This document shows positions 49,494 to 62,329 of a stretch of 64,000 bases of DNA, in pieces. The notes below the pieces were generated by a model, which was not told the DNA's origin, did no database searches, and worked only from the letters and a program-made list of their open reading frames with translations. Location: contig OZ316898.1 of the NCBI GenBank assembly GCA_973895155.1, positions 13,422,330 to 13,486,329 on the forward strand. Direction: 5' to 3'. Made by a program: the position numbers and the translations under genes. How positions within the stretch are numbered: position 1 is the stretch's first letter; each line of letters begins with the position of its first letter. Source of the stretch: Marsupella aquatica (lineage: Eukaryota; Plantae; Marchantiophyta).

Positions 49494-52400
49494 TTCCCCC
49501 TGACCTCTCTCGACCAGCAGAAATTTTTCCTTCTAGCTTTGTCAGGGTTTCCCCTACGAAAGGGCTCCCACGAGGCTTCGATTCATCAACGAGCTAATGG
49601 CTTAGCGTGGGCCACCACTCCAATCCTCACGTCCCTAAACATATATTCACATCAGAGTGAGAAACTTCGTAAGACCTATCCTTCCGAAAACCGAACAGGA
49701 AGAGTCCCGTGAAGAACAACAAATTAGAGCGAATTATCGACTTGCGACAGACGCTTTCACCCTGGGGCAAACTCCAACAAACAAACGCCATGTCGTCAGT
49801 CAATAAACAGCGTTCTTGCAGGTTAAGTCCACACAGCCTGGAGCGAAGAGACATCGGTACCCAAACTTTGCAGGTGAGAAGGTCATGCGTTCTCCATCAC
49901 GGGTAGTAGCATTTGCTAGTGTGAGAGGATGACAGCACATGGAATTCATCACCCTCAGAGAGCGAGGAAACTTCTACCTAGTCTACAAATTAAAGCACAG
50001 GATTTGGAAAACTACGTGGAGATCTTTTCACGAAAAATCTCAGACCTAAACTCCGGAGTCCTGCATCAAACCATCAGCATTAACTCAGAGACGGGTAGCT
50101 CGTGACCCGCGGTGCAACAGTCAGGCCAAAAACTCACCAAAGAGTTGAGTATAGAGAAGCTGTGTGGGTTCATGCATACGGTTATCGTATCTCGTTAACT
50201 CTCCCGACGAGGACCGTGGTGGCGAATCACGAATCAGCTGCGTGTCCCCGACATCCATGTCGTTACGTTAAGTCACGTCACCGCTACTCAATCACAACCC
50301 CCTACCGCAGACGACAATCCTGGCCGCGAAATTGATACCCTCGGGAAGCAAACTCTCTTCTTTCCTCCTCCTTGAGACCTGATAAAGCTTCGGTACCAGT
50401 CCAAAGGTCCTGACGTGCTTACCAATTCACATTGTACAAAATTTCACCTTTCTCGCCCGTTCCTACTGTCCTACCACTACTGCTCGGAATCCCAACAGCT
50501 CGTGTTGTAGCTTTCCCACTACCGTTCGCGACAACTTGCCTTCTATTCCTGCTTCCATTTCTCCCGCCCCCAATGACCACGTCAGGACACTAATTGATTA
50601 CCCTCCATCATTCGTTGCGATTGCGCCGTGCAGACCATCGCCTAAAAACCTGCGATTACCTCCCCCTTCCGACACACTACTTCGTTCCCAGAGCCTCTCC
50701 CATGGCTCCTCAACACACTAATTATGCACCTGTCTTCAAGCCTTGCGATTGCTCCGCGCAGAGACCTACCCGAAACCAGTAATTGCGCGCCCCTTCCAGC
50801 ACACCACTTTCATCCTTACAGCCTCTAAGAACCAAACACCCGTCCCTCAGCACCCTGCCTGCCTGCCTTCCTCCTGCCCTTCCTTTTCGCAGCATATGTC
50901 ACCTAAACTCCGGTTTCTCGTCGCGCATTCCGAATGCTCACTCTCCGAACCATCGTTTTATCCACACACGATTCTCCAAACCTAGTTACTCGAAAAACAT
51001 ACAGACACCACTTCCCTCCTTCAAACTCTCCTGCACCCTCGACCGAAGGTTCAACCTAAGCGTCGCTGCTCCCACATGCGTCCACATCCATCTGCACACA
51101 GTCTCCGGATACGCTCGAACACAACACCTCACAGCTTCAACCTAAGGGTCCCCTTCTCCTCCGATACTGCTCCACATCCATCTCCGCAGCACGCCTTTTC
51201 ACGAATCTATCCGCAATCCGCAGCTCCACACCCGACTCTTTCTTTCTCCTCCCCTCCCGTCCCTCGCTCCTCCCTCGCTACAGTACTGTCGCATGTAGCA
51301 GCTCTCTCGACGAGGGCTCCCTGCGCGATGTGCTGATGTGCCCGTGATGAGCTTCAACATCGACATCAGCGCGAGAACAGCAATTCAAAACACCTCCAAT
51401 GGTGGATTCCAACAATAAATATTTAATTAAGTTACGACCGCTGAGCTTTGGCCTCTCGAGCGAGCGAGCGAGAGCGACGAGAGTGGGAGCAACAGCACCC
51501 AACAGCTTGTTCCCCACCACAGCTTTCATGCGCCTCCTTTTGCGCTCTCCTCCGCTCACCTTCTCTTTCGTCGTCGAGCAAGGAAAGGAGAGGAGAGGAG
51601 AGGAGAGGAACTTTTTTCATCCCGGCTTTACACTGTCAGCACACGGCAGTCAGCCAACCGGCCAGAGAGGGCCGGAGAGCCGTCCACGAGGGCACGAGAC
51701 GTCCTGGCGTCTGGGGCCGAGACCGGCCGCCGGATGGGACCAGGGAGTGTGAGTGCCTGAGTGGGGACCAGACCGGGGCCGTCCCTCACTTCGAGGACTC
51801 TGGTTGGCTGAGTAACCACGGTCACACGATCTGCGCAAAGTCTCCACTTGCTCCCTTATTATCGTTTGCGTCCATATGCGACCAAATGCGACCAAATGCG
51901 ACCTTGGCTCCACCTGCTCCTTTATTATGGTAGGGACCAGAGTATCTTTTAAGGTATTTTACCTCCAAACTGGCTAACTCCCCAAGGGTACAGATGGGGG
52001 AGCTGGCTACTGGGAGAGGCCAACCCTTACTTTTAGTGGCGAAGCAGGTTAGCAATGTCGTTAGGTTACCGGCAATTTAAACAACCCACTGTCCACTAAG
52101 TTTGGGAAGGACCAAAAAATGCTCTTTATCATTTTTTTTAAATTATTCACTCACTTTAGTAATCTGGAGACACCAGCTTTTGCTTTGGGGACAATGAAGT
52201 TTTACACCACCATTGTACACCACTTTAAGGGAGGACAAAACAGAGCACTTTGTCACTTTTTTGAGCATAATTTGCATACCCTCTAGCTCTTCTATAATTA
52301 CTGAAACTCCATGACCAAATCAAATTAGACCCCTTTCTCTACTTCATGTTTCCCAATACATTGTCCTACAACTCCTCTTGGCTCTACCATCTAACTGGCA

Positions 52401-52574
52401 AATTTGATTGTTCAACTTGGATTATTTTGCCATTAAGTGAGCGACCGCCTAGTTAAGTGAGAGACCATCTAGCTCGGTGAGTTGAACCCATTAGCGAGAA
52501 CCCAAATCCCCCCACGAAATTGACGGAGGGCAGATGAGACAAGGGTGAGGGTGAGTTCTTACTGAGTAACTAAA

Positions 52575-54250
52575 ATATTTTATTAAATAAGCCCCAAGTC
52601 AAAGGCATTCTAGTCAAACATTGCTTCATCTCCTACTAGTAAGGGAGGTTGGCTGCAAACCAGGAGGTCTACGAATTTTGGCAATGACAATCCTTCGACT
52701 TGTGTTTGAGGCTTTGATTGCGAGTACAAACTTTGATGTTTAATATGATGTAAGTCACATAACTCGACTACCTTACCACTTAGCTCCAGCATTGCTGACT
52801 CCGATGTCGAGCTAACTCCGATGTCGAGCTCCTCTATGGTGGGGGCCTACAGGACGACCATCTGGTGGGGACTAAATATGGGAAGACTTGTGGGCAATGA
52901 AGAGTTGCACTAGCAAAGGCAATGCGATGAGCTGGTAACGCACACAGAGGACTTAGACTAGCGTTGGGAGTTGGTTGGGTCATGGGAAGGGTCAAGTTCA
53001 GGGTGGACCGTCCGGACCCCTAGTAGACAGACTCTAAGTTTTGAGTGTTTGAGACTTAGAGCTCCTCTTGGGCCCAAGGCCAAAGAAGTTTACTTCATGC
53101 AAACGGATATTTGGCACATGAGATACAACACGATTCGGGTGTAGTTGTCTGCAACCCTCGATTGGCGATGAGTTCTGAAGGCTCGGGCATGAACACCGCG
53201 TTGGCCTGATCACAACGGGCTAAGGCACTTCACCTACAAACATCTAATTGTAAAGTTATGGGCATAGCAAATTAGCTTCGTGCCCAGTCGATGGGGTTGG
53301 AGTCCAGGTTGAGGGCCGATATAGGGGGCCAAAGTTTGTCCAAACCTGATAGGTCTCCAAAAGCATATATGAGGGGAGTGGTGTCTCCCAACAGACCAAG
53401 GGTGAGCCCAAGTCGTGAATTGTGCGACTAAAGGGAATGTTCAACGGAAATGACAATAACTTCTCAATGGGAGTCCATTGGAGTACTTCTTGGGTGCGTT
53501 ATAAAGTTCCCAATAAAGCTCAGCTGGGTCTTGGGGTGCCTTTGGTCCTTGAAGTTTGTAGGGGCTATCTCATCCGCTTGCCAATCATGCCGAAAGAGCA
53601 ACCAAATTTGCATTCAATTTCCCACCCGTGCCTCCACCATAGAGGAGCTTGGCATCAGAGTAGAGTAGAGTAGGCATGGGTGTTGAGGTCCAAGTGCATT
53701 TTTCCTTTAGACTCTTGGTTGAGTGAGAGTCGTGGAGATGGTTGCTAGAGTTGGGGCTGAACTGATCCCAACACTTAGGACAAGCTAGCTGTTTGGGCCA
53801 TGATTGGGCATGTCTTGGAGATAGGGTCGTCAGCCAATGATGGATCATACTAGAAAGTAGGGAAGCTTAGGCGGCACTTGGTATAGGGGTTATTCTGGAC
53901 AAACCGTGGGTGTGAGCCTTAGTTTCAACTTATGGCAAGGTCACATGGGCTTGAGAGGTTCTTTTCGCTGACCTATTTACTAATGATTGTTAATCTTGAG
54001 GCAAGACAATGGTCTTGGGATCCAACTTCATGACGGGTCACTTATCAATGGGGTTGGTTACTTGTGTACTACGAGACAGTAGCGGGGCCATTGAGCGATG
54101 GTCGTAATGAGGAGCAAGTCCAGCTTCGTATGAGAGTTATAGTTGGTGATGATAGAGGCATCGACTTGCTTGCTCATGAAGTTCCATGGAAGTCTTTGGG
54201 CACCAAAGGTACTTAGGCAAAAGTATTGGGTTTGGTGACGGGGCTAGGTG
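52575..54250 (-). mobile_element. Possible heavily degraded, 5'-truncated LINE (L1-clade) remnant
   Basis: The minus-strand PKYLWCP (about 54200) resembles the RT KYLG.P motif. It is followed by LSYEAG / LLITTIAQWPRY, resembling LS.AGRL.LI.SV...P.Y. AATAAA occurs on the minus strand near 52580. Frames are heavily interrupted. Confidence 0.3.
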
Positions 54251-57200
54251 GCTAAGTACACCACTTGTATGTAAAACAAATATTAAACCGGCCTCTTGAG
54301 GATGCATTATTGTGGTGAGAATGTTTTCAAATGTATGGCAAACCAAACTTGTTGATGCTCAAGGGTTTCACTTTCACAAAATGACACATCACATGCAACA
54401 AAGGATAGGGTCATTTTATTGGTTCAAATGAAAGATTTCATAATTTTCTCAGAAGAACAATAGGGTCTTTAAATCCAATTTTGAGACTTATAAGAACATT
54501 AGGGCCCTTCTAATCAAAATTTGGGAATATTCCAAGAATATTCTAACTTTATAGGGGTTGAAAAATCTTACATTCTAGGCTGGGGGTACAAGGCCTAAAA
54601 ACGTTGCAGGTGAAGGGGAGGCCTCCATATAGTGAGACCCCCAAGTGTTGATGTTGCTCCTGCCTTGTGTGATGCTTGTGGGATCTTTGGCTGGTGACGT
54701 GTACATCACTTGAGTGACAACAGCTACCATGGTATCTTAGAGTATACATTGTCCCATGCACCATCAAGAGTGGTGATTCCATAAGTGTTTGGACCAATCC
54801 CCGCTTATGTGCGTATGCATTTGGCCACCAACTAATCAAGGTATGTCTCCTTGGTGGGTGAATAATCTTGGATGTTCTAGATAGTAGAGTATGTGTATCC
54901 TAGGTCCACTTGAATTCCTGATCTTGAGCTTGAATCCTCTTGTCAGTAATGCTAGAAGTAATTCTACCTGCTGTTTGGTGGCCAGGTGGTCTCGCTGGTG
55001 GTGCCCTTAAGCTCATATTCTTGCTTGAGGAGTCCTTCCTTCACCAAGAACAGGTTCCCAACTACTTATTTCTAGTGTTTGTTTTGTAACAATTAAGCTA
55101 GTCAGATATTGAGCTGGCTGGACTTGAGGTTCCTCCACCAACTCAACTCAATGGTAGAGCTAGTAGCAAACATTGAGGAGCCTGGTCCATAGCTATTCTG
55201 TCATGTTATCACCATTCGAATTTTTATGCGTCTACTTTGGCATTTTCCTCTTCAAAAGTTGTTGACACTCAACGCTAGCCACCCTGACTTGCTCAGCTCT
55301 TGAGAACCATGCCCAATCCCAATGTGAACCTCCAAAACCATCAATCAATACATCATCCAACACGTACAACCACGATGTCCAAAAGAGTCCATCACTATGT
55401 GGGAACCTAAAACAGAGGAAAAAATTGAGATTGTGAGTGGACCAGAAGTACCAACAACTTGCCAAGAGAAGATGCAATGGAAATACAAACTGAGGCGATG
55501 CATAATGACCACAACAATATCTCTCTCTGGAAGTCCCCAACAAGTCTCTCTCTTGCTCCACCTTAGCAGTGGTAGTAGTAAGCAACAGGATCAAGAGCAG
55601 TGCAAACTTGGGTGCAAATGACAAGTCTAGCTATGAAACCAATACCTCACTTGAGTGATTTGAATATTTGGATTGCAAAGGCTTTGCTGCACTCTATTTC
55701 CAACTCTCAAACAATCAAAATGCTCCTTTTAGCCAGCCTTTGAGTTGGAGTTGCTCCAATCATATTTTCATCCTAGAGCACCAACCATAGCTAGTGATGC
55801 AAAGGCTTCCCAAAACAATAGTCGATCAAAACTTCAGCAATTATAATTCTTGTTTTCCAGGCCATTATTGCTCACAATGCCCTGCTAACAGAAAGCCACT
55901 ATATAATTGATGCCCTTCAGGCCATTATTTCCTTTGTTAATTTCAGGGCATTTTGAGAAGAATGCACACGCAAAGGTCTAAGAGAATTTTTCTTTTCACT
56001 AGTTGTTGTAAAAGTAGAGAAGAAGTTTCACAATTAGGGGATACAATTGGGACTGTGCCTTCTTCTCCTAAATCAACACAAGTTACAATGAGAAAATCAA
56101 TCACAAAGTGTATTAAGCTGTGCACAATGCCCTGGTATCAAGGGGTTCATATTTCACTCCTACTATTTCTGGTTCGTTATGTCCTCTCTTCACTCTTGAA
56201 GACAAACCCAAAGTTCATGGAAATTGAAGTTTTCCTTTTTTTTAGCCAAGACAAGCAGATGACAAATCTCAGAATGCCTTGCCTATGCTCGTTTCCATAA
56301 GCACATACTCTGCTTGTCTTTCGTATAGAGGATTTAAGAGAGTTGTCCTCCAAAGAATCAAAACTTCAATCCAGATGCAATCCTCTTAAAAGTGAAAATT
56401 ACAAAGAGAAAAACCGTGAAGGGATTTGAGATACTATAGTTACTGCTCAATAAAAGTATTGTCCATTGCCAAGAGATAGCTCTCTCTAAGAGCATGCCAA
56501 CTCTACAGGCTTTCAATTACTGGGTACATTAAATACCCAATTTGTCAATGTCCTTTTTTTGTTTACACTATGTCACAGCCAACTGAAACACAACCCCAAC
56601 CCTGATTTTTCCACATAGTAGAGGTTAGCAGCTGGCAACCTTAGCTTAAAATTATAGAAAGCCCAACAACATGCCCAGTAGAAAGTCAGCTGCTGGAATT
56701 TTGACAGTGCTAGATGGCCAATTCACCTTTCAGCATTTTGTCTTACTAAGATGTTTTGCTACATATTTCTATTTTCAATGTGCCATCACAAGGTGCATCA
56801 CTTGTATGATTTACATTTTAAATTTTTGGCACCCCTGGCTCTAATTTTTTTTCTTGTTATCCTAGACCTCTCCTTTCCCACTACATTTAGTTTTCATTAT
56901 AGTGCATCCACCCCCCTTAGCAAATTTATGGAATTTCTCCCAATTCTAGTGAATGAGAGAGAGAATTGACACTTTGAGATGTGGACACCTCTTGCTTTAA
57001 GTCATCCTGACTCATACTTTTATTTGCTTAGATTATGGTTTTTATTGTCCCTGTGGAAAGGGAAGATCGTCAATAAATTATGTGCATAATTTGTTATTGT
57101 TTGAGTGTCATTACGGCAAGTGAGAATCTGCATCTTATGTGCACAACTTTTCAATACTTGTGCACTTGTACTTTTCCTGGGTCATTATGTGAAATATACT

Positions 57201-58814
57201 TTTATTTTGGATGTGTTATACCCTATTCAATCATATAAAATACTATGTAATAATCATTTACACCTCACTACAAGACCAGAAAAAATGAAGCATGTTCCAA
57301 GATGAGCATGTTCCAAGAAGAGTCAGCTGTCTATAGTCTCTTCCATATACAGATCCCACTAACCAAAAAACTGTCCTTGAAATCCCAATAGGAGTAGAGA
57401 GTATGGGTTGGACCAGGCTTTTTACATTTTGGTCAACACCCCATTACATGACCTACACCGATTGGTCAACATTCAGTTACATGGGGGACACTTTGACAAT
57501 AACCAAACAAAGCAAGCCCAATAGGGTTGGAGATGCTCTAAGCTAATTTTGACAGGCTGGACAACCAATCCCATCTTGACCCAGCTTGCAACACCCAAAG
57601 CCATGACTGTCCCCTGGCACAGCTCAACACATTTGGGGACAAATGGACACATATCATTTAACTTTCTAGAGACCTCACTAGGCTCTTAGCACATATCTTC
57701 CTCACATTTACTGCTCTGATCAGATGATTCCAAATCTTTAGAAGTGGAGCCTTAAAAAACAATCACAATTGTCCAATGATTGCAATTTTTTGTCATCAAT
57801 TTTGGAGATGTTCTACTAGGCATGGACTGGATATGCATGAACAAGAGATTGTGATGCAAACTCTAATGTTTCAAGGTTTGTCTTCCTTCAAATCTGGTGA
57901 TTTTAGATGGTCCTAGGAATTGAAGCGCAACCGTCCAGGCATTTCCTAGAGGAGAGTTGATGTCTCGGAGATTGATCATAATGTGAGATAGACAGGACAG
58001 AAAAGTTTAGTTGTTTTAGACTGAGAGTCAATCCAATTTATCACTCATTGTGATGTTGTAAGCCATTGCCCAACACAATTCTAACATTTAGATGGGGTTG
58101 AAGCCTCGATGTTAGAGATCTCCCAACAAAGCTCTAGAGCATTTTCAAGTTTTGCATCGTGACTTGCACTTACCAGAGATACATTGCATATTTAATTAAA
58201 CCATAGGCACATTTAAACTTGCTTGTTTAAATGACCCTTATCCATATTTATCAACCGCTGGCTGGTGGGGCAATCCTGAAGATATGATAATCTAGTTCAT
58301 TTGCTTCCTATATTTGCTTGTTATAACATTGCCTTGGGAGCCTGGGTTGACTGGTAACCACATATTTTATTGACACGAGTTCTTTAAACTGCAAGCACAA
58401 AGAACACACAACCTGGCCTATAGAGTGAAACATTTTGGTGTGTCAATCAAAGTCTTCTGCCAACTGCAAATGGAGGATTCGGGCCTTTCAGAATATGCTG
58501 AACAACCTTGCAATTGGCAATCCATTCAATCATTAGAGGGAATGGCCACTTGACTTGTACAATGTTGGCCCGAGAGGCTTTATGGTGAGTGGAGCTAGGG
58601 ATTCACTGTTTAATACAACTCATTGTATGTACATTCTTCGTCATTTGTCGCATCAGCTAAAGGAGTCTAATATGTTGATTTCAAATTGTCTGTTGTTCTA
58701 GGTGTGGAAAATTAACCGAAGATAGGAACTAATCTTGTTTGAAGCAAAGGGATTCACGACAAGAAGAAAATGGCAATGTTGCAGAAGGTATGTACGTCTT
58801 GTCTTTCCACACAT

Positions 58815-59038
58815 CTCCACTCTTGTCTTCCAACTCGATCCACATTCAATTTTGTCATCGCCAAGCAAAACACTGAGAATAGGTGTTAGTTCTCATTGTT
58901 GGCAGCAAGTATATTAATTTTTGCCGCTCCACTCTTGTCTTCCAATTTGATCCACATTCAATTTTGTCATTGCCAAGCAAAACACTGGGACTAGGTGTTA
59001 GTTCTCATTGCTGGTAGCAAGTATATTAATTTTTGCCG
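58815..59038. repeat. Tandem duplication, 112-bp unit x2
   Basis: CTCCACTCTTGTCTTCCAA...GTATATTAATTTTTGCCG at 58815-58926 and 58927-59038, with few mismatches. Confidence 0.9.
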
Positions 59039-60205
59039 GAATCTTCCAGGAGGTTATCCCTCCATCCTCAATGTTCCATCCTTGAATTTCTAGGAGATGC
59101 CAGAGTCCTAGAATATCTTTTGTAGTCCCTATGATTACAATTACATGTCAAACCTTTGGATCTCTAATAATAGACAGGTTGTTACTTTGTTGGCCACATC
59201 ACTTCCACAATACAAGCCCTTGACTCATGAATATTAGAGTAGAATCAATCCAGCAAAAACCCACAAACCAACTATCACATGAGTGGATGTTAGTCATTGG
59301 GACAATGGCTTTGTACAATAGCTGAATGCATCATTGCTTGATGCTTATTCCTCTTTTGGGGAGCATCATAAGTATGTGAAAAATTCAGTTTTTTATTGAT
59401 TCTGTCAAAGAAGTGTTTGAATACACACTACACAGTCCATGAGGGTCAAAAAAGAGTTGGTGGTCTATATTTGCTGAATTGCCTTGTCAACCTCCTTTGC
59501 AGTGAGCGCTGTCTGCAATCGGCAGTCTACTCTTGCCAAGGATGATCCAACATGATATGACTGGAGGAATTAGACATGTACAGCGGGTTAGAATTTCTGT
59601 TTATCACAGTGAGTTGTCTGAGCTGGCTTGTTTTCTTGTTGCTCTCTTGAAGAGGTTTCCAGAAAGAAATTTCATCTCAAGAAAGGTAGCGGAGCCACAG
59701 AATATGTATGGTAGGCTTGCTCCTTGAACTCCTATCATATTTTGTAAAGGGCCTTGTAAATGGGCTCCGGGCCCCCACATGAACACAAATTCATAAAAGT
59801 AATACAACTATTGTAAACTTCTGCTGTGGATAACCCTCTGGTATGAGCATTATAAAGTCCTAGGTGGCAGCAAACTTGGCTCAGTCCACTCCTTCGACTA
59901 TAATAAGCCTAGACTAATAAAACCACAATACACAACTATGTAAATAATTGGAAAATGTGACCAGGTCCAAGATCACATCTTTCATCAAGATTTAGCCCAG
60001 TCACACAAGAAGATCAAGAAAATCCTTTTTAGTCCAGCAGTGACATCAAGACATCTTGCAAAACATGCACACATGGCATAACAATTTGCTAATTGTTGAT
60101 ACCCTCATTCAAAAGAGCCTTACAACTGAACTGGAACTTTTAGTATGATCATCAAGGGGCCTTTGGTAAAATGAATGAGGTGTTCCTGTCAGCCAAACAG
60201 GTAGG

Positions 60206-60652
60206 ATGGTGGAGCAACTCACTGATGAACAACTTGCGGAGTTCAAGAAGGAGTTCAATCTATTTGATAAAGATGGAGATGGTACCATTTCAACAACTGA
60301 ACTTGGTATTGTTATGCGTTCGTATGGCATCAACCCCACAGAAGTCGAGCTTAAGGAAATGATTGATTGTGTTGATACAGATGGGAGTGGAAAAGTTGAG
60401 TTTGATGAGTTTCTCTATCTGATGGCTCAAAAGTTGAAGGATACCGATCACGAAGAGCTCTTGAGGAAAGCCTTCCGTGTCTTTGACAAAGATCACCTTG
60501 GCTTCATTAGTGCGATAGAAATCCATCAAGTCATGACTCGTGTAGGGGAGAAGCTAACTGATGAAGAAGTTGAACACATGATCCAACAAGCCGACACAGA
60601 TGGGGATGGCAAGATCAATTACGAGGAGTTTCTGAAATTGATGATGAAGTGA
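60206..60652 (+). CDS. Divergent intronless calmodulin / calmodulin-like protein (148 aa, 4 EF hands)
   Basis: Collinear with calmodulin ([21 protein letters not shown]...[23 protein letters not shown]). Loops: [48 protein letters not shown]. Confidence 0.93.
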   Translation: MVEQLTDEQLAEFKKEFNLFDKDGDGTISTTELGIVMRSYGINPTEVELKEMIDCVDTDGSGKVEFDEFLYLMAQKLKDTDHEELLRKAFRVFDKDHLGFISAIEIHQVMTRVGEKLTDEEVEHMIQQADTDGDGKINYEEFLKLMMK

Positions 60653-62329
60653 CCATCCCTGTACTTTATATGATGCTGCTTGTATAAGGCTTCGCCCACA
60701 AATCCTCCTTGTAACTCTTTCTGTTTATCCATATTATGTCAATGTGTAGATAGATAGATTTTGACCACCTTCTCCAAATATATATTTGTATTGACTGATG
60801 GAGCTGTGAGACTTATTTTTCAATGAGGGGAAGAACGGTACCATTGTACCCTGCCTGCCTTCAGTATTTCCCTGGCTGTCTGCCAATTTCTTCGTTCACT
60901 TTTCTTATTGGCTGTTAGTTGTCATGTGAAACTTGGATAGATGCTTTAGACACAATCTACTTGAGTGGTTGCCCTCCAAGTTGGTTCAGTGACCATTACT
61001 AGCTTGCAGTGATTGCTCTCTCTTTCACACTGGTGAGGTTAATTATTAGCCTGCTAGTCTACATAGTTACTCTTCACGGCTTCCCTAGCTTCATTTTTGT
61101 GCGTGAGTGCAAGGCAAACTTCATCCTAAATTCTTCTGTGCAGCACCCAATTAAGTAGCAACAGTTTTGCTCAACGAATTTATAAATGCAATTCACCAAC
61201 TAGTGTGCATCGTTTGACATCCTTCATCCCCTAAGCAACGTAAGCCAAATTTCCAGTCTTGTTTAGCAGCATGTTTGCCCTGCCTTGGTACACTTGTGGC
61301 TTTGCTTGGTGAAACAATTTGGACAGGAGACTACATCAGTGAGCAGGGTAGACTATTTGCAGCAACAATTTTACCTGTTAGGGACACCAACTTCTTTCGA
61401 GGAAGTATAATAGTCAGCATTCTAAGATGAACAAACAATTGAATATGAATCATACCTTAAAAATGAAACAATTCACCTTGTATTAACTGTCTTACTTATA
61501 CTGACCACTGCAAATAGAGCAATAACATGCATCATGGGAGTGGATGTTGGTAGATCCATCTTCATTGCATGTTTATTGTCTGTAAAGGGGAGTGCGGGAA
61601 AATTAAGAGTTACCTGGCTACACACATTACATAGAAAGATTTGAGGATGAAGTTAGCGAGTAGCATGAACACCCAGCGATTGAAGCTGGTGATTGTGTCT
61701 CAAAGTTATGAGCACTTGATACAACTCTTATATGTTCTAAATGATATTGATACGTCTCTAAGGATGCAAGACCATATCATTATCATTCGTCAATGTATCA
61801 CTATCGTATTATCTCCCGCATAACTCTCATTCTGTAAACTAACCAAATTGCTAGGGCATTATAGTGTTTGATGAGATGATGTACTAATATGTTCTGGGTG
61901 AGTCAAATGTGTGATAATCGTAATTTTTCTAGAAATAATTATGCTCGAAAGCCTGCCAAATTTAAGGTGTCTGCTAAAAAAAAAGCCACCCCAAAGCAGG
62001 TTTGGCACAGGGGGAGAGAGCCAAACACACACTCCACAATTAATACAAAAGTGTCGTACGGGGTACCCTTATCCCAGGAGCCCACCAGCAACTACTCATC
62101 TGTGTTGTGTACTCCCACGGAGGTTTGATCTGGATCGTTCAGTTAAATCTTGGACGGCTACGATGAGATAGTACAGTATCAACTTACAAGACGGGTTCCG
62201 TAAGTCCTGTAGTTAGTAACGTGGGGCCGGACGCTCACGCCGTCGTACGGTAACCAGAGGTGTGACATTAATTCCCTGCGGTTAAGTTAGGCAGACCGTA
62301 TCACGCCGTTTGTACGCTGCTCCTCTGTT

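Noticed and set aside
50330-52050. TGATACC at about 50333 as a reverse-strand PBS, and adjacent ORFs as a retrotransposon gag
   Set aside because: The match to a tRNA-Met PBS is incomplete, and I found no paired LTR or gag/pol motif.
55232-56300. ORFs of 74-130 aa, one with a signal-peptide-like start (MSFAPKFALLLILLL)
   Set aside because: No conserved motif and no supported exon chain, so they cannot be distinguished from chance ORFs.
7420-60652. Idea that PPO, two calmodulin-like genes, NOA1 and the cysteine-rich protein form a co-regulated Ca/NO/defence cluster
   Set aside because: The genes are separated by TE-rich spacers, NOA1 is a ribosome-assembly GTPase rather than an NO synthase, and no shared regulatory motif is visible.
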